Of a stretch of 64,000 nucleotides of DNA, positions 18,650 to 28,509 are shown piece after piece. How positions within the stretch are numbered: position 1 is the first letter of the stretch; the number at the start of each line of letters is the position of its first letter. Origin of the DNA: an uncultured archaeon (GTDB lineage Archaea; Asgardarchaeota; Thorarchaeia; Thorarchaeales; Thorarchaeaceae); the NCBI GenBank assembly GCA_964458565.1, contig CAYWJO010000001.1:64001-128000 (forward strand), given 5' to 3'. The position numbers and the translations under genes were made by a program. Under the pieces are notes generated by a model. The model searched no databases and was not told the origin of the DNA. It was given only the letters and a program-made list of their open reading frames with translations.

Positions 18650-19858
18650 ATGTACGATTTGGTAATCGTGGGTAGTGGTCCCGCAGGATCGACTTGTGCA
18701 AGAGTAGCTGCTTTGGCTGGACTTGATGTGATTCTAATAGAGAGAAAGAAACATCCTCGTCCAAAACTATGTGGAGGCGCAATTAATCCCCGAATAAATC
18801 GACTTATTGATTTTGATTTATCAGCAGCAATAGACGTTGAGAGAAATGCGGCGAAAGTAATATCACCTCAGGGGAATATTGTTACTGCTGCTCGTCAGGA
18901 TTTCAAGGGTTATTTGGTAAAGAGAGCAAAATTCGATTCCTTCCTTCTCGATAAGGCAAGACAGGTAGGGGTAGAAGTCATAGAAGGGGAAAAGGTGATT
19001 TCAGTAGAACAACTCAAGAGAGGTGTTCGAGCACTTGTCAAAGGCGACTCATTCAAAGGACATATCTTAGTTGGAGCGGATGGAGTCAACAGTACGGTTG
19101 CGAAAGCATTGAATATAAGAAAGCAGTGGAAACCAGAAAATGTTACACTATGTATCGCTGCGGATGTACCATTGGAGCCATCGGAAATATCACGGATAAT
19201 GAGATTGAATGATAATGACTCTGAAATCGCGATTGAGATGTATCTTGGTGTATTGAAATGGGGTTTTGGCTGGTGTTTTCCAAAGCATGACGAGGTATCA
19301 ATTGGTATTGGAGCAAGGATGGACAAAGTAAAGAACCTAAGAATAGGATGGACGAACTTTATTGAGAGGCTGGAAAAAGAGAAAGATGTGAAATTTGATA
19401 TTTCCAATCGAAGTGCTCATAGAATTCCATTTGGAGATACAGCAGCTAGATACTCAGGAAGAAGGTCTATGTTGGTGGGTGATGCCGCAGGTTTTGTTTC
19501 ACCAATCACAGGAGAAGGAATCTACTATGCAATGCTTTCAGGAATTGTTGCTGCAGAAGTCGCAATAGAAACTGTGAAGCAAAAGAAACCTCTTCATGTT
19601 AGAACTTATGATGAGAGAATCAAAGCGAAAATAGGTGGCGAACTTCGTATTGCTAGATCTATATCCAATATGCTCTACAAATCACCAAATAATGTAGAAA
19701 TGGTTTGTAAGTTAGCAAATGATGATGATATTATACGCGATTTGATTATCGACCTTGTTACTGGAAATAAATCCTATTCTATTGTGAGAAGGGAGTTAGT
19801 AAAACGATTAATCAAATCACATCCCCTTAAGGCACTAAGCCTTGGATTATCGCTCTAA
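18650..19858 (+). CDS. Geranylgeranyl reductase family FAD oxidoreductase
   Basis: GSGPAGS, KLCGG, GADG, GWCFPK and GDAAGFVSPITGEGI. Confidence 0.9.
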   Translation: MYDLVIVGSGPAGSTCARVAALAGLDVILIERKKHPRPKLCGGAINPRINRLIDFDLSAAIDVERNAAKVISPQGNIVTAARQDFKGYLVKRAKFDSFLLDKARQVGVEVIEGEKVISVEQLKRGVRALVKGDSFKGHILVGADGVNSTVAKALNIRKQWKPENVTLCIAADVPLEPSEISRIMRLNDNDSEIAIEMYLGVLKWGFGWCFPKHDEVSIGIGARMDKVKNLRIGWTNFIERLEKEKDVKFDISNRSAHRIPFGDTAARYSGRRSMLVGDAAGFVSPITGEGIYYAMLSGIVAAEVAIETVKQKKPLHVRTYDERIKAKIGGELRIARSISNMLYKSPNNVEMVCKLANDDDIIRDLIIDLVTGNKSYSIVRRELVKRLIKSHPLKALSLGLSL

Positions 19859-19863
19859 TGGTT

Positions 19864-20799
19864 TTATTGTGTAATTATCTTATATCTACCATTCTTATCG
19901 ATAGTGATACGCATTAAGTCACGTGCTAGAATTGTGTTTGGAAAAATAGATTTCGCTTCCTCCTCAATAACTGAACCATCCTCGTATCTTGGACTATAAT
20001 GAGTCAACACAAGCAAATCCACATTTGACTCAAGGGCGATAGTTGCAGCTTCAATAGAAGTCATGTGACCACGTGGAGGAGCTAGGTGGGAATGCTCGGA
20101 TGAGAACATTGCTTCTGAAATTAAAATATTAGCATCCTTCGATGCGTTTCTTAGAGCATCACATGGACGTGTGTCACCAGAGTATACGATTTTGATTGGA
20201 TTCGGAGGTGGCCCGGTTACCTGTGAGGGGTCTATTACAGTCCCGTCATCAAGGACCACTCTTTCACCATCAGAAAGTTTTCCCCATAAAGGACCTTGAG
20301 GTATACCGAGTTCTTTTGCCTTCTCAGGCAAGAAAACGCCAGTTGGTCTTTTGTGAATTATCTGGTATCCCAATGCATAACCACGATGCTCTACTTCAAA
20401 GGCATTTACAATCAGTTCGTGATCTTCGTACACAGGTCCAGCTTCAATACTATATACTATACTCTCAAATGTTGTTCCGAGATTGATAGTCGCCTGATTG
20501 ACTTTTACGTATTCTATCAACTCAGGAGGACCATAGATATTCAGAGGCTTGAATCGGCCAAGGAGTGAAAAACGAAGGAGAAGACCAGGTAATCCTAAAA
20601 TGTGATCAGCATGCATGTGTGAGATGAATATTGCCATTCGTTTATTTAGACCAATACCAGCACGTTCGATTTGCCTCTGTAGATCTTCACCACAATCAAA
20701 TAATAGAATCTGTCCTTCATACTGAAATGCGATAGATGGTAAGTTTCGTCCTTCAGTCGGCATGCTCCCGCCAGTGCCAAGGAAAATCACATCAATCAT
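19864..20799 (-). CDS. rnz: Ribonuclease Z
   Basis: FLGTGG, HMHADHILG, GP-rich exosite, SGDT and THYSPRY. Confidence 0.95.
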   Translation of the reverse strand: MIDVIFLGTGGSMPTEGRNLPSIAFQYEGQILLFDCGEDLQRQIERAGIGLNKRMAIFISHMHADHILGLPGLLLRFSLLGRFKPLNIYGPPELIEYVKVNQATINLGTTFESIVYSIEAGPVYEDHELIVNAFEVEHRGYALGYQIIHKRPTGVFLPEKAKELGIPQGPLWGKLSDGERVVLDDGTVIDPSQVTGPPPNPIKIVYSGDTRPCDALRNASKDANILISEAMFSSEHSHLAPPRGHMTSIEAATIALESNVDLLVLTHYSPRYEDGSVIEEEAKSIFPNTILARDLMRITIDKNGRYKIITQ

Positions 20800-20842
20800 T
20801 TTTCAGACTCCATGAATAATGTTGTATTTGCTCGACTATCAC

Positions 20843-21427
20843 TTATCGCAGTTTTGATTTTGTATACCATTTGAGGAATTCACGAAATGCCTTTGTTCTG
20901 TGTGAGATTCTCACTTTTTCGGAGAAGTCAAGTTCAGCATACGTTCGATCATAGCCAGAGGGAATGAAAATGGGGTCATAGCCAAACCCACCAGAACCAA
21001 CTTCAATCTCAGATATTGAACCATGCATTGATCCAACGAATGTTTTTGATCCGGAACGATCCGCATATCCGACAGCAGTAGTGAAAATTGCTTCACGATT
21101 TTCTAAACCGTGCATTAGTTTTAGAATACCTTGAGTTCCTATTGTTTCAAGGACAAATGCAGGATATGTTCTTGGAAATCCATTCAGACTGTTAATATGT
21201 AAACCTGTATCATCAACTACAGTTGGATATTCAAGTGACTCAAAAGCATGTTCTGCGGCAATTCTAGCTATTTCTTCCACGGTATCAGACCTGATTTCGA
21301 ATTTCTCAATGGCAACAGGCTCAAATTTGATTTGATATTCTTCAAATAAAGGACGAAGCTCTTCAAGTTTGTGCTCATTTTGGGTGACAAGTGCTAATGG
21401 TCGTTTATGTAATTCATCTGGACGCAT
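20843..21427 (-). CDS. rdgB: RdgB/HAM1 non-canonical purine NTP pyrophosphatase
   Basis: TQNEHK, DDTGL, GFGYDPIF and ISHR. Confidence 0.93.
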   Translation of the reverse strand: MRPDELHKRPLALVTQNEHKLEELRPLFEEYQIKFEPVAIEKFEIRSDTVEEIARIAAEHAFESLEYPTVVDDTGLHINSLNGFPRTYPAFVLETIGTQGILKLMHGLENREAIFTTAVGYADRSGSKTFVGSMHGSISEIEVGSGGFGYDPIFIPSGYDRTYAELDFSEKVRISHRTKAFREFLKWYTKSKLR

Positions 21428-21478
21428 GAGTAAGATAAAGACAGTGTTCTATTTTAGTCATGAGGATAAGCATTTAAT

Positions 21479-22837
21479 TCATGTTAAATCAATTGGCAAT
21501 CTATCACCAATACATTCCCGTCGAACAGTTGTATACGTTCTAGCATCGATTAGATTTGCGTCCATTCTCCACTCTTTTTTCTTACGATCGTATAATGAGG
21601 TTATTCTAATACGTTCTTCAAATCCACCAGAGACCACATCAAATTGCGGTTTGGTTGCTTTGGACATCTCGGACTCTGCTGCATAAGTGAATTTTCGCGC
21701 GGATCCAGAGGGGAGCGCAGCCATGAAAAGCGCTCTTTTTTCAGATGTGTTCTCAATGTTCTCGCATTGTGAAATGTAGGTGTATGGGAGAATGTCGAAA
21801 GAAGCGAATATTTCACCTGCAGTGGAGGAATCGAGTAAACCGATAACCCTATCCTCTAGACCGGGAATATCAAGACCCGATCTTGGTAGAACATAATTCT
21901 TAGTCATAATCTCTTTACGGACTCTGAAGGCGGTTGCCTCGCTTATACCAATTATTTCAGATATCTGCTTCGCAGTGTATTCACAATTATCCTGAAGTAA
22001 TTCGATAGTTTTCAATTCGGAAGAAGAGAGGTCAGGAGCTGAAGTATCACCACGTGGAGGTGAACTCATTGTTAGTGTGTTTCCCAGACTAGAACGAAGT
22101 AATAGTTTCAAATGCATCCAATCAGGTTTCCAAGCTCCTAAACGCCGTTGATACCACAAACCATTGAATGCCATGCTACCTGATGAAAGCCTCCAGACTG
22201 TAGCGCCATGAGATACAGTTCTAAGAGCGCGGATTACAATGTCATTGAGGTTTTTTGTAGGGACTTTCAAGAGCTGATATGTTGTGGGTAAGGCTCCGTC
22301 AATGAACATAGTTGCTGCAACCCACGGACCTGTTAGAATGAATTCCGGATTTTCGAGGACTAGTAGTAGACGAGTTAATCCAAGTCGTTCACAATTTAAA
22401 GCACATCTTGTTCTAAGGATCTCAGTTTCGATCAAACGCTTACTTGCTCTCCTCGTCTGAGAATATGAAAGCCTTGAGATTGTAGATTGTGTCTTGAGTG
22501 GGGCTCCGTCAACATCAAATCTTGCTGAGAGAAATTTCAACTCGGTCTTTGATAACGAAGAGATATTATCCTTCCAGATATTCTCGGTAATTTGCATAAG
22601 ATCTTGTTGGGTGATTATACCTACGTTTCCTAAATCAATTAGGAAAATGATTCTATCACACAAATCTTTGTGTAACTTTCCACGATATGTCGAAACTATC
22701 TGTTCGATCCTATCTAATGAAGGGTCACGTTGAAAGAGATTGTCTAGACTCTCTCCTTTCTCAACTTTTTCGATTATGTTCAGAAGAGCTCGAGCACTCG
22801 GAGATAAGAATTGTTCAAACAGGGTTTCCCTAGACAT
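21479..22837 (-). CDS. Tandem wHTH (Lrp/AsnC-like repeat) DNA-binding protein
   Basis: Two HTH-like segments (LSKTELKFL...YSQTRRASKRL; LSSSELKTIELLQ...AKQISEIIGISEATAFR); ATG at 22837 preferred. Confidence 0.6.
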   Translation of the reverse strand: MSRETLFEQFLSPSARALLNIIEKVEKGESLDNLFQRDPSLDRIEQIVSTYRGKLHKDLCDRIIFLIDLGNVGIITQQDLMQITENIWKDNISSLSKTELKFLSARFDVDGAPLKTQSTISRLSYSQTRRASKRLIETEILRTRCALNCERLGLTRLLLVLENPEFILTGPWVAATMFIDGALPTTYQLLKVPTKNLNDIVIRALRTVSHGATVWRLSSGSMAFNGLWYQRRLGAWKPDWMHLKLLLRSSLGNTLTMSSPPRGDTSAPDLSSSELKTIELLQDNCEYTAKQISEIIGISEATAFRVRKEIMTKNYVLPRSGLDIPGLEDRVIGLLDSSTAGEIFASFDILPYTYISQCENIENTSEKRALFMAALPSGSARKFTYAAESEMSKATKPQFDVVSGGFEERIRITSLYDRKKKEWRMDANLIDARTYTTVRRECIGDRLPIDLT

Positions 22838-23017
22838 AACAGGAACTTCCTCGTATATATTCAACAAAATCACCAATACGACACTTTGTAATATAAGGTC
22901 CATTCTTGCCGCGGACTGACATTTTGGTGTGTTTTTTGAATGATATAAAGTCAGAGAGACCTTGAATGAAAGGTTTTTCAACTCGGATTATACCACTCAG
23001 TTTAGTGGTGGTAGCAA

Positions 23018-23770
23018 ATGACAGCGAGTGAAGCGACGCTAAAGGCACTGCGCGAACTGGGTTTGACAGAGTATGAAATGAATTCCTACCTCGCACTAAT
23101 TGATGGAGGGCAGACTTCTGCGTCAGAAATATCTTCCAAGTCAGGAGTACCTTATAGCCGAATATATGATACACTTGGAAATCTCGAACGTAGAGGATTT
23201 ATCATAGTATCAAAGGGACGACCAACATTATATCAAGCAAAATCACCCAAAGAAATTGTAAAACTCGTTCAGTTGGATTGGGAGGAGAAACTTGGTAGAT
23301 TTAGCAAAGTCATTGTAGAGGAGTTACAACCAAGATTTGAGCAGGAATCACCTGCTACAACTCGTGATGTCTGGCTAATGCACGGAAAAGCTGCAATCTT
23401 AGCAAAGGCACTTGGAATCCTTGAAGAAACGCGTGAGGAGCTACTGCTTTCACTGCCTAGTTTTGATCTTAAAGATGAGCAACTTAATTCGGTCATCGAA
23501 TCCGCCTTAGGGGTTAAAGCAAAAGTAAAGATACTAACATCAACGATACCTAAGAAGATGATAGATTTAATTCCCAATAATTTCGAAGTACGAACGAGAG
23601 ACCGTGTTTTTGGAGCCGGTGTTGTTTCAGATAGAAAGCATACACTGATTATGCTCTCTGAAGGCACCCAAGAAACAGACTCATTGGGCATCTATTCATC
23701 CCATTACATTTTCGCAGACATGGCTGCTGCATATTTTGAATCCCTCTGGAAGGATTCAAACCCGATATGA
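23018..23770 (+). CDS. TrmB family transcriptional regulator
   Basis: LGLTEYE..Y..L, SGVPYSRIYDTL and a C-terminal PLD-like effector domain. Confidence 0.92.
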   Translation: MTASEATLKALRELGLTEYEMNSYLALIDGGQTSASEISSKSGVPYSRIYDTLGNLERRGFIIVSKGRPTLYQAKSPKEIVKLVQLDWEEKLGRFSKVIVEELQPRFEQESPATTRDVWLMHGKAAILAKALGILEETREELLLSLPSFDLKDEQLNSVIESALGVKAKVKILTSTIPKKMIDLIPNNFEVRTRDRVFGAGVVSDRKHTLIMLSEGTQETDSLGIYSSHYIFADMAAAYFESLWKDSNPI

Positions 23771-23858
23771 TTGCTACGTCGCAAGCTAAATAAGAGGCTG
23801 ATAACTATCGTTATCTTAATAATTGGGAGATCCGCTTCTTACATGGTTGTGTAGAAAG

Positions 23859-24506
23859 ATGGTTGTAGAGATTGAAGACGAAATGAAGATCCAAATAGTT
23901 GAGTTATTTGAACCCATGATTAATGATGTAACAATCCACCTCTTTGTTAAAGATCATGATTGTCTCTATTGCAATGACACCACTGCATTAGTGACACAAG
24001 TAGCAGAACTATCAGATAAGGTTAAACTTGAAATACACAAGGGAGATGTGGATCAAGGAAAAGCTGTTGAATATGGAGTAAAACATGTTCCAGGTATTGT
24101 TCTACATGGAAAAGAGGAATACAAGGTCAGGTTTTATGGGATACCTGCAGGTCATGAATTTAGTGCATTAGTAGGTAGCATCGTTGATGTGTCTACTGGA
24201 ACGGCTCCATTGGAACCTGATATCATTGAGGATATCTCGGCGATAGACAAACCAATACATATCCAAGTTTTCACAACTCCTCAATGTCCTTACTGTCCCG
24301 GTATGGTACGTTTAGCACATCAGGCTGCGATACTTAATCCACTCATAGAAGCAGACATGATTGAAGCATTAGAATTTCAGGAATTAGCTACAAAGTATGC
24401 AGTTTTCGGAGTTCCGAAGACAATCTTCAACGAAACCGTGTCAGCTGAGGGACTTACTCCACCTGAGATGTTTCTTGAGAAGCTATTCGCAGCCATTGGA
24501 GAGTAA
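23859..24506 (+). CDS. Protein disulfide oxidoreductase (PDO, two thioredoxin folds)
   Basis: CLYC and CPYC active sites; GIPAGHEF. Confidence 0.9.
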   Translation: MVVEIEDEMKIQIVELFEPMINDVTIHLFVKDHDCLYCNDTTALVTQVAELSDKVKLEIHKGDVDQGKAVEYGVKHVPGIVLHGKEEYKVRFYGIPAGHEFSALVGSIVDVSTGTAPLEPDIIEDISAIDKPIHIQVFTTPQCPYCPGMVRLAHQAAILNPLIEADMIEALEFQELATKYAVFGVPKTIFNETVSAEGLTPPEMFLEKLFAAIGE

Positions 24507-24546
24507 TGATTCTTTTGAGAGTCAAACGCTCTCATTCATTTCGTTA

Positions 24547-25686
24547 TTAGCGGTTCTTGATATAATCAAGAATTTCTTTCATGACTTTGAATGAACTGCG
24601 AGTTCGTTCAAGGTCAAACATACCTGTGGTGTTCCAGAGAATTATATGTTGAAGTCCATTACGTACATATTCCTCAAGCATCTTGATGATTGTTTCAGAA
24701 CTACCACACATGTAGAATTCCCTAAGCACTTCATCAGGTACCAGCTCCATTGCATTCAAGGTCTGTTCTCTAGAATATCTCATAGGAATATAATCACGGA
24801 GTGAGTAGAAATCGCTCCCAAAAGGATGTTCGTATCCCAATCTTGACCACTCACTTGAAGGGTATAACAATGCAAATGCCCTAGCAAGGGGTGTTTGCAT
24901 CATCCTTTCACACTCTGATGGATCATCATCAAGGATACACCAGTTCCAAAGAGCCGCTGTAAATGAATTCTGTTTGTCCAACTCCTCTCGATGTTTTATT
25001 ATGGTCTTCAATTTATCTCCATAATCACGAGGCTGTAGGAGTGTAGGAAGCCACCCATCTCCAAATTGCGCTGTCAGTTTAAGCATCTTTGGACCATGAG
25101 CTGCAATCCAGATTGGGGGATTGCGTCCTTGTATTGCAGGACGAAGAGACATTACAGCATCCTTTAATTTCCAATATTTGCCATCATAAGAGAATGGCTC
25201 GTGAGTAGACCAAGCTAGATTGATAATTTCAAGAGCCTCATGAAGTTTTCCTACTTGATGCGAATAGTCCAAGCCATATGGTTTGATATTTTCAATCTCA
25301 CCAGCACCTATACCGAAGATTGTCCGTCCCTGAGATATATGATCCAGTGTAAGAAAACTCTGAGCAAGAAGTATAGGATGTCTTCTAATTGGTTCAGTAA
25401 CTGCTGAGATCAATCTGACATTCTCTGTGACTACAGCACATGCAGCCATGATGGTCATAACCTCAAAATACGTATGTGGACTCTGTTGCAAAAATGAGAG
25501 AGGCGTGATATCAGATGTCCAGATGCTCTCAGGAACAAAACCAGCGAAATGATCTGGAAAAGCCATGCTATCATAACCCAACTGATCAATTCTGCGAGCG
25601 TTCTTCTCAACATTATCCCATGGTGGAAGAAAAGGACCAGGGGCGCCTATTTCAAGCATACTAAGATCTGTCATTTTTCCGACCAC
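24547..25686 (-). CDS. LLM-class flavin/F420-dependent oxidoreductase
   Basis: PDHF, TLDHISQGR..FGIGAG, PPIWIAAHGPKML and GDGW. Confidence 0.88.
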   Translation of the reverse strand: MVGKMTDLSMLEIGAPGPFLPPWDNVEKNARRIDQLGYDSMAFPDHFAGFVPESIWTSDITPLSFLQQSPHTYFEVMTIMAACAVVTENVRLISAVTEPIRRHPILLAQSFLTLDHISQGRTIFGIGAGEIENIKPYGLDYSHQVGKLHEALEIINLAWSTHEPFSYDGKYWKLKDAVMSLRPAIQGRNPPIWIAAHGPKMLKLTAQFGDGWLPTLLQPRDYGDKLKTIIKHREELDKQNSFTAALWNWCILDDDPSECERMMQTPLARAFALLYPSSEWSRLGYEHPFGSDFYSLRDYIPMRYSREQTLNAMELVPDEVLREFYMCGSSETIIKMLEEYVRNGLQHIILWNTTGMFDLERTRSSFKVMKEILDYIKNR

Positions 25687-25736
25687 GGATTATAATATCT
25701 ACTGAAATAATCTTCTACTGGCTAAAGAATCTAGAT

Positions 25737-26927
25737 TCACGTGTATGTTTCAGCAAAGAGTATCAATGCGCTCTTTACCTTCTCAAAGTCTTCAACTGCA
25801 AGCCATTCATCAATTCCATGGAAATTAGAATCATCTACAATAGTACCATAACAGGCTGTAGGAATCCCAACACTCGTGAAATAATAGCCATCGTTTCCAC
25901 CCAAATCTGCGGATAATGGAATCCCAGGACTGACTGCCGTCTTGACTGCGTCATGAAAAGCCTTGATGAATTTGTTCTCAGGGTCAGAACCCCAACCATC
26001 GTGCTTAGTCTTGAATTTTAGAGATGCGTCAACACAAGTCTCATCCTTCGCTCTAGCTAGAAATGCTTCAATATCTTTTACTACATCTTCAACATCTTCT
26101 TCAGGTATTGTTCTACAATCAAATGAAATCTCAGCCTTTCCTGGAATTACGTTGGTCTTGCTACCAGCATTGTACATTGTTATTGAAAAACGACCCCAGA
26201 GTGTCTGATGTGGACTTCCAGGAGGAGCTGGAAACTTGGATTCCACCTTCCTTCTTACATCAACATAATCTAGAATTACTTGCATGAGAGGGACTGAGAG
26301 ATGAATTGCGTTATCGAATTTGAAGGGATATCCTGCATGTCCCTGAGTACCCTTTACTGTGATTGTGCCAGCGATAACACCACTTGCACCAATGCTGACA
26401 TAGTCTGGTGATGAGTCTACAACAAGTCCGAAATCACCGCGAATCTTTGGTGGACCATTTATCAGATAGTCAATCCCCCACTCACCCCCAATTTCCTCGT
26501 TTGGTGAAATCAAGCATTTAAGATTCACATTGGAGCTGTCTTTCTTCACAAGCTTACGCATAGCACTTACAGAAGCAACTATGTTTCCCTTGTTATCTGT
26601 AACACCACGACCGTATACTTTATCCTTCTCAATTGTCAGATCAAAAGGTGGTTTCGTCCAAGCTTCAACATCACCAGCAGGAACAACGTCATAGTGCGTA
26701 CATAAGAGCACAGTTTCTGCTGCACCAACATCTAGTGTTGCTACAACATTTGGTTGAGGTTTTCCATCGTTTTTTGAATCAAATACTTCCACAATCAATC
26801 CGGCTTCTTCGCAGTATCTAGAAATCACTTCAGCACATTCTGCATAGTTCTTTTTCTCATCACTGTTGGTATCAAGTCGTATAATATCTCTTAGAAAATT
26901 TGTTTCCCATTCATCCATAGCACTCAA
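25737..26927 (-). CDS. M20 family metallopeptidase/deacylase (ArgE/DapE-like)
   Basis: HYDVVP, GRGVTDNKG, NEEIGG and HGIDE. Confidence 0.9.
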   Translation of the reverse strand: MSAMDEWETNFLRDIIRLDTNSDEKKNYAECAEVISRYCEEAGLIVEVFDSKNDGKPQPNVVATLDVGAAETVLLCTHYDVVPAGDVEAWTKPPFDLTIEKDKVYGRGVTDNKGNIVASVSAMRKLVKKDSSNVNLKCLISPNEEIGGEWGIDYLINGPPKIRGDFGLVVDSSPDYVSIGASGVIAGTITVKGTQGHAGYPFKFDNAIHLSVPLMQVILDYVDVRRKVESKFPAPPGSPHQTLWGRFSITMYNAGSKTNVIPGKAEISFDCRTIPEEDVEDVVKDIEAFLARAKDETCVDASLKFKTKHDGWGSDPENKFIKAFHDAVKTAVSPGIPLSADLGGNDGYYFTSVGIPTACYGTIVDDSNFHGIDEWLAVEDFEKVKSALILFAETYT

Positions 26928-26983
26928 CTCACAAGCAGTATATTCATATCAATAGGTCCTTGATTAGTATTATGTCAAGACTG

Positions 26984-27790
26984 TTATTTCTGACAAGTCT
27001 GACAATAATTCGTTTTAAATCGATTCGATTTTGCCTCTGAAATTCTTCCTCCACACAATGGGCAAATACCTCCACCTTTTCCATGAATCATAAGAAAATC
27101 GCGTTTCTCTGAAGATAGCTCCTTAAGATTGTGATGTGAAACCAGTTCAGTGTATTTTTCAAGAACCTTCACCATTGAATGATAGAGACGAACAATCTCA
27201 CTCTCGCTAAGACTGGAACGACCTCGAAAAGGCATAATTCCTGCATAAAGAAGAATCTCATCAGCGTAAGCATTCCCAATTCCTTTTACGAATTTTTGAT
27301 TACGAAGTACGTTTTTGATTTGCCCCTGTCGTTGAACTAATCGCTTCTTGAAAATTTCTAAGGATAAGCCATTATCAAGTGCGGAGGGGCCACGTTCACA
27401 AAAGCCTGCGACATCCTCATAGCATCCCTTATCAACCAAATACACTCGACTCATTTGTTTTCGGTCGTTATAGAGCAAAGTACCGGATTCAGTGCGAAGT
27501 GTAAAGATAGTAGTCTTCATTGGTGGTTTTTGTTTATTTAAATATTGAAAGCGTCCTGTCAACATAGGATTGATTACAATCTCAAAACTATTGTCAATTG
27601 TCAGAATTATGAATTTTCCATCTGCTCGAAACGCTGTGAAACACATACCACGCGGTTTTCGTTCGAAGTCCGTAATCTCAATTCCATGGATGACAAGGTG
27701 ATTATGGACTTTTATCCATGATATAGTCTTACCAGCTAGTACTTCGCTCAATCGCATTGCTAATGCCTGAAGTTCAGGAAGCTCTGGCAG
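26984..27790 (-). CDS. mutM: Fpg/Nei DNA glycosylase/AP lyase, CTG start
   Basis: Extending the frame to 27790 gives (M)PELPEL; GIGNAYADEIL H2TH motif; C-terminal CPLC...CQTCQ zinc finger. Confidence 0.9.
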   Translation of the reverse strand: MPELPELQALAMRLSEVLAGKTISWIKVHNHLVIHGIEITDFERKPRGMCFTAFRADGKFIILTIDNSFEIVINPMLTGRFQYLNKQKPPMKTTIFTLRTESGTLLYNDRKQMSRVYLVDKGCYEDVAGFCERGPSALDNGLSLEIFKKRLVQRQGQIKNVLRNQKFVKGIGNAYADEILLYAGIMPFRGRSSLSESEIVRLYHSMVKVLEKYTELVSHHNLKELSSEKRDFLMIHGKGGGICPLCGGRISEAKSNRFKTNYCQTCQK

Positions 27791-27897
27791 AGAATATCAC
27801 CTGGTACGACCTTTAGTTGAATGTCACATTTTTCCTCTTAAGAGTCACGTATTTTGTACACATAGAACTTAAGGCTAAATGATGCACTGAAAAAATC

Positions 27898-28500
27898 ATG
27901 ATCGACGAACCAGTTGTATTTCACATTCAAAAAGGACGATTAGTGAAGATGCCTGATCCGGGTGTATTTGGAAGAGGGGACTGCTATCTAATTGATGCAG
28001 GTCCCAAAATCTATCTGTGGATTGGACCCAACTCGAGTGTTGATGAGAAATTCCTAACAGCTGCATCCGCAGTTATGAAAGATACAGCTAGAAAAGGACA
28101 TGCGGATATTGATAGAATCGAGGGCGGGAATGAACCTGATGGATTCAAAGCACTGTTCGATGATTTCAGGCTGACAGATGAAGATACTGAAGGTATTCTC
28201 AAACATGTTCAATTGCAAAAGAAAGAATTCAAACTGTGGCGGGTACATCATGAAGGAGATGAAACATTCTTTGCGGAGGTGCCATTGAACAAGTCGAGTT
28301 TACATTCAGATGATGTCTACATATTGGATACGTGGGAGGACATCTTTGTATGGCGGGGAAAGGAAGCAAGTGCCAGGGAGAGATTTGATGCCACGATACT
28401 AGCACGACGCTACGATGCCGAGCGTGTAGGTGTACAGGAAATAGAACTTATCGAAGAGGGAGAAGAACCTCAAGAATTCATTGTTGCATTACTCGACTAA
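27898..28500 (+). CDS. Two-domain gelsolin (Asgard 2DGel-like)
   Basis: Two gelsolin repeats: GDCYLID..IYLWIG...EGGNEP and LHSDDVYILD..IFVWRG...EEGEEP. Confidence 0.9.
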   Translation: MIDEPVVFHIQKGRLVKMPDPGVFGRGDCYLIDAGPKIYLWIGPNSSVDEKFLTAASAVMKDTARKGHADIDRIEGGNEPDGFKALFDDFRLTDEDTEGILKHVQLQKKEFKLWRVHHEGDETFFAEVPLNKSSLHSDDVYILDTWEDIFVWRGKEASARERFDATILARRYDAERVGVQEIELIEEGEEPQEFIVALLD

Positions 28501-28509
28501 ACTAAAGAT

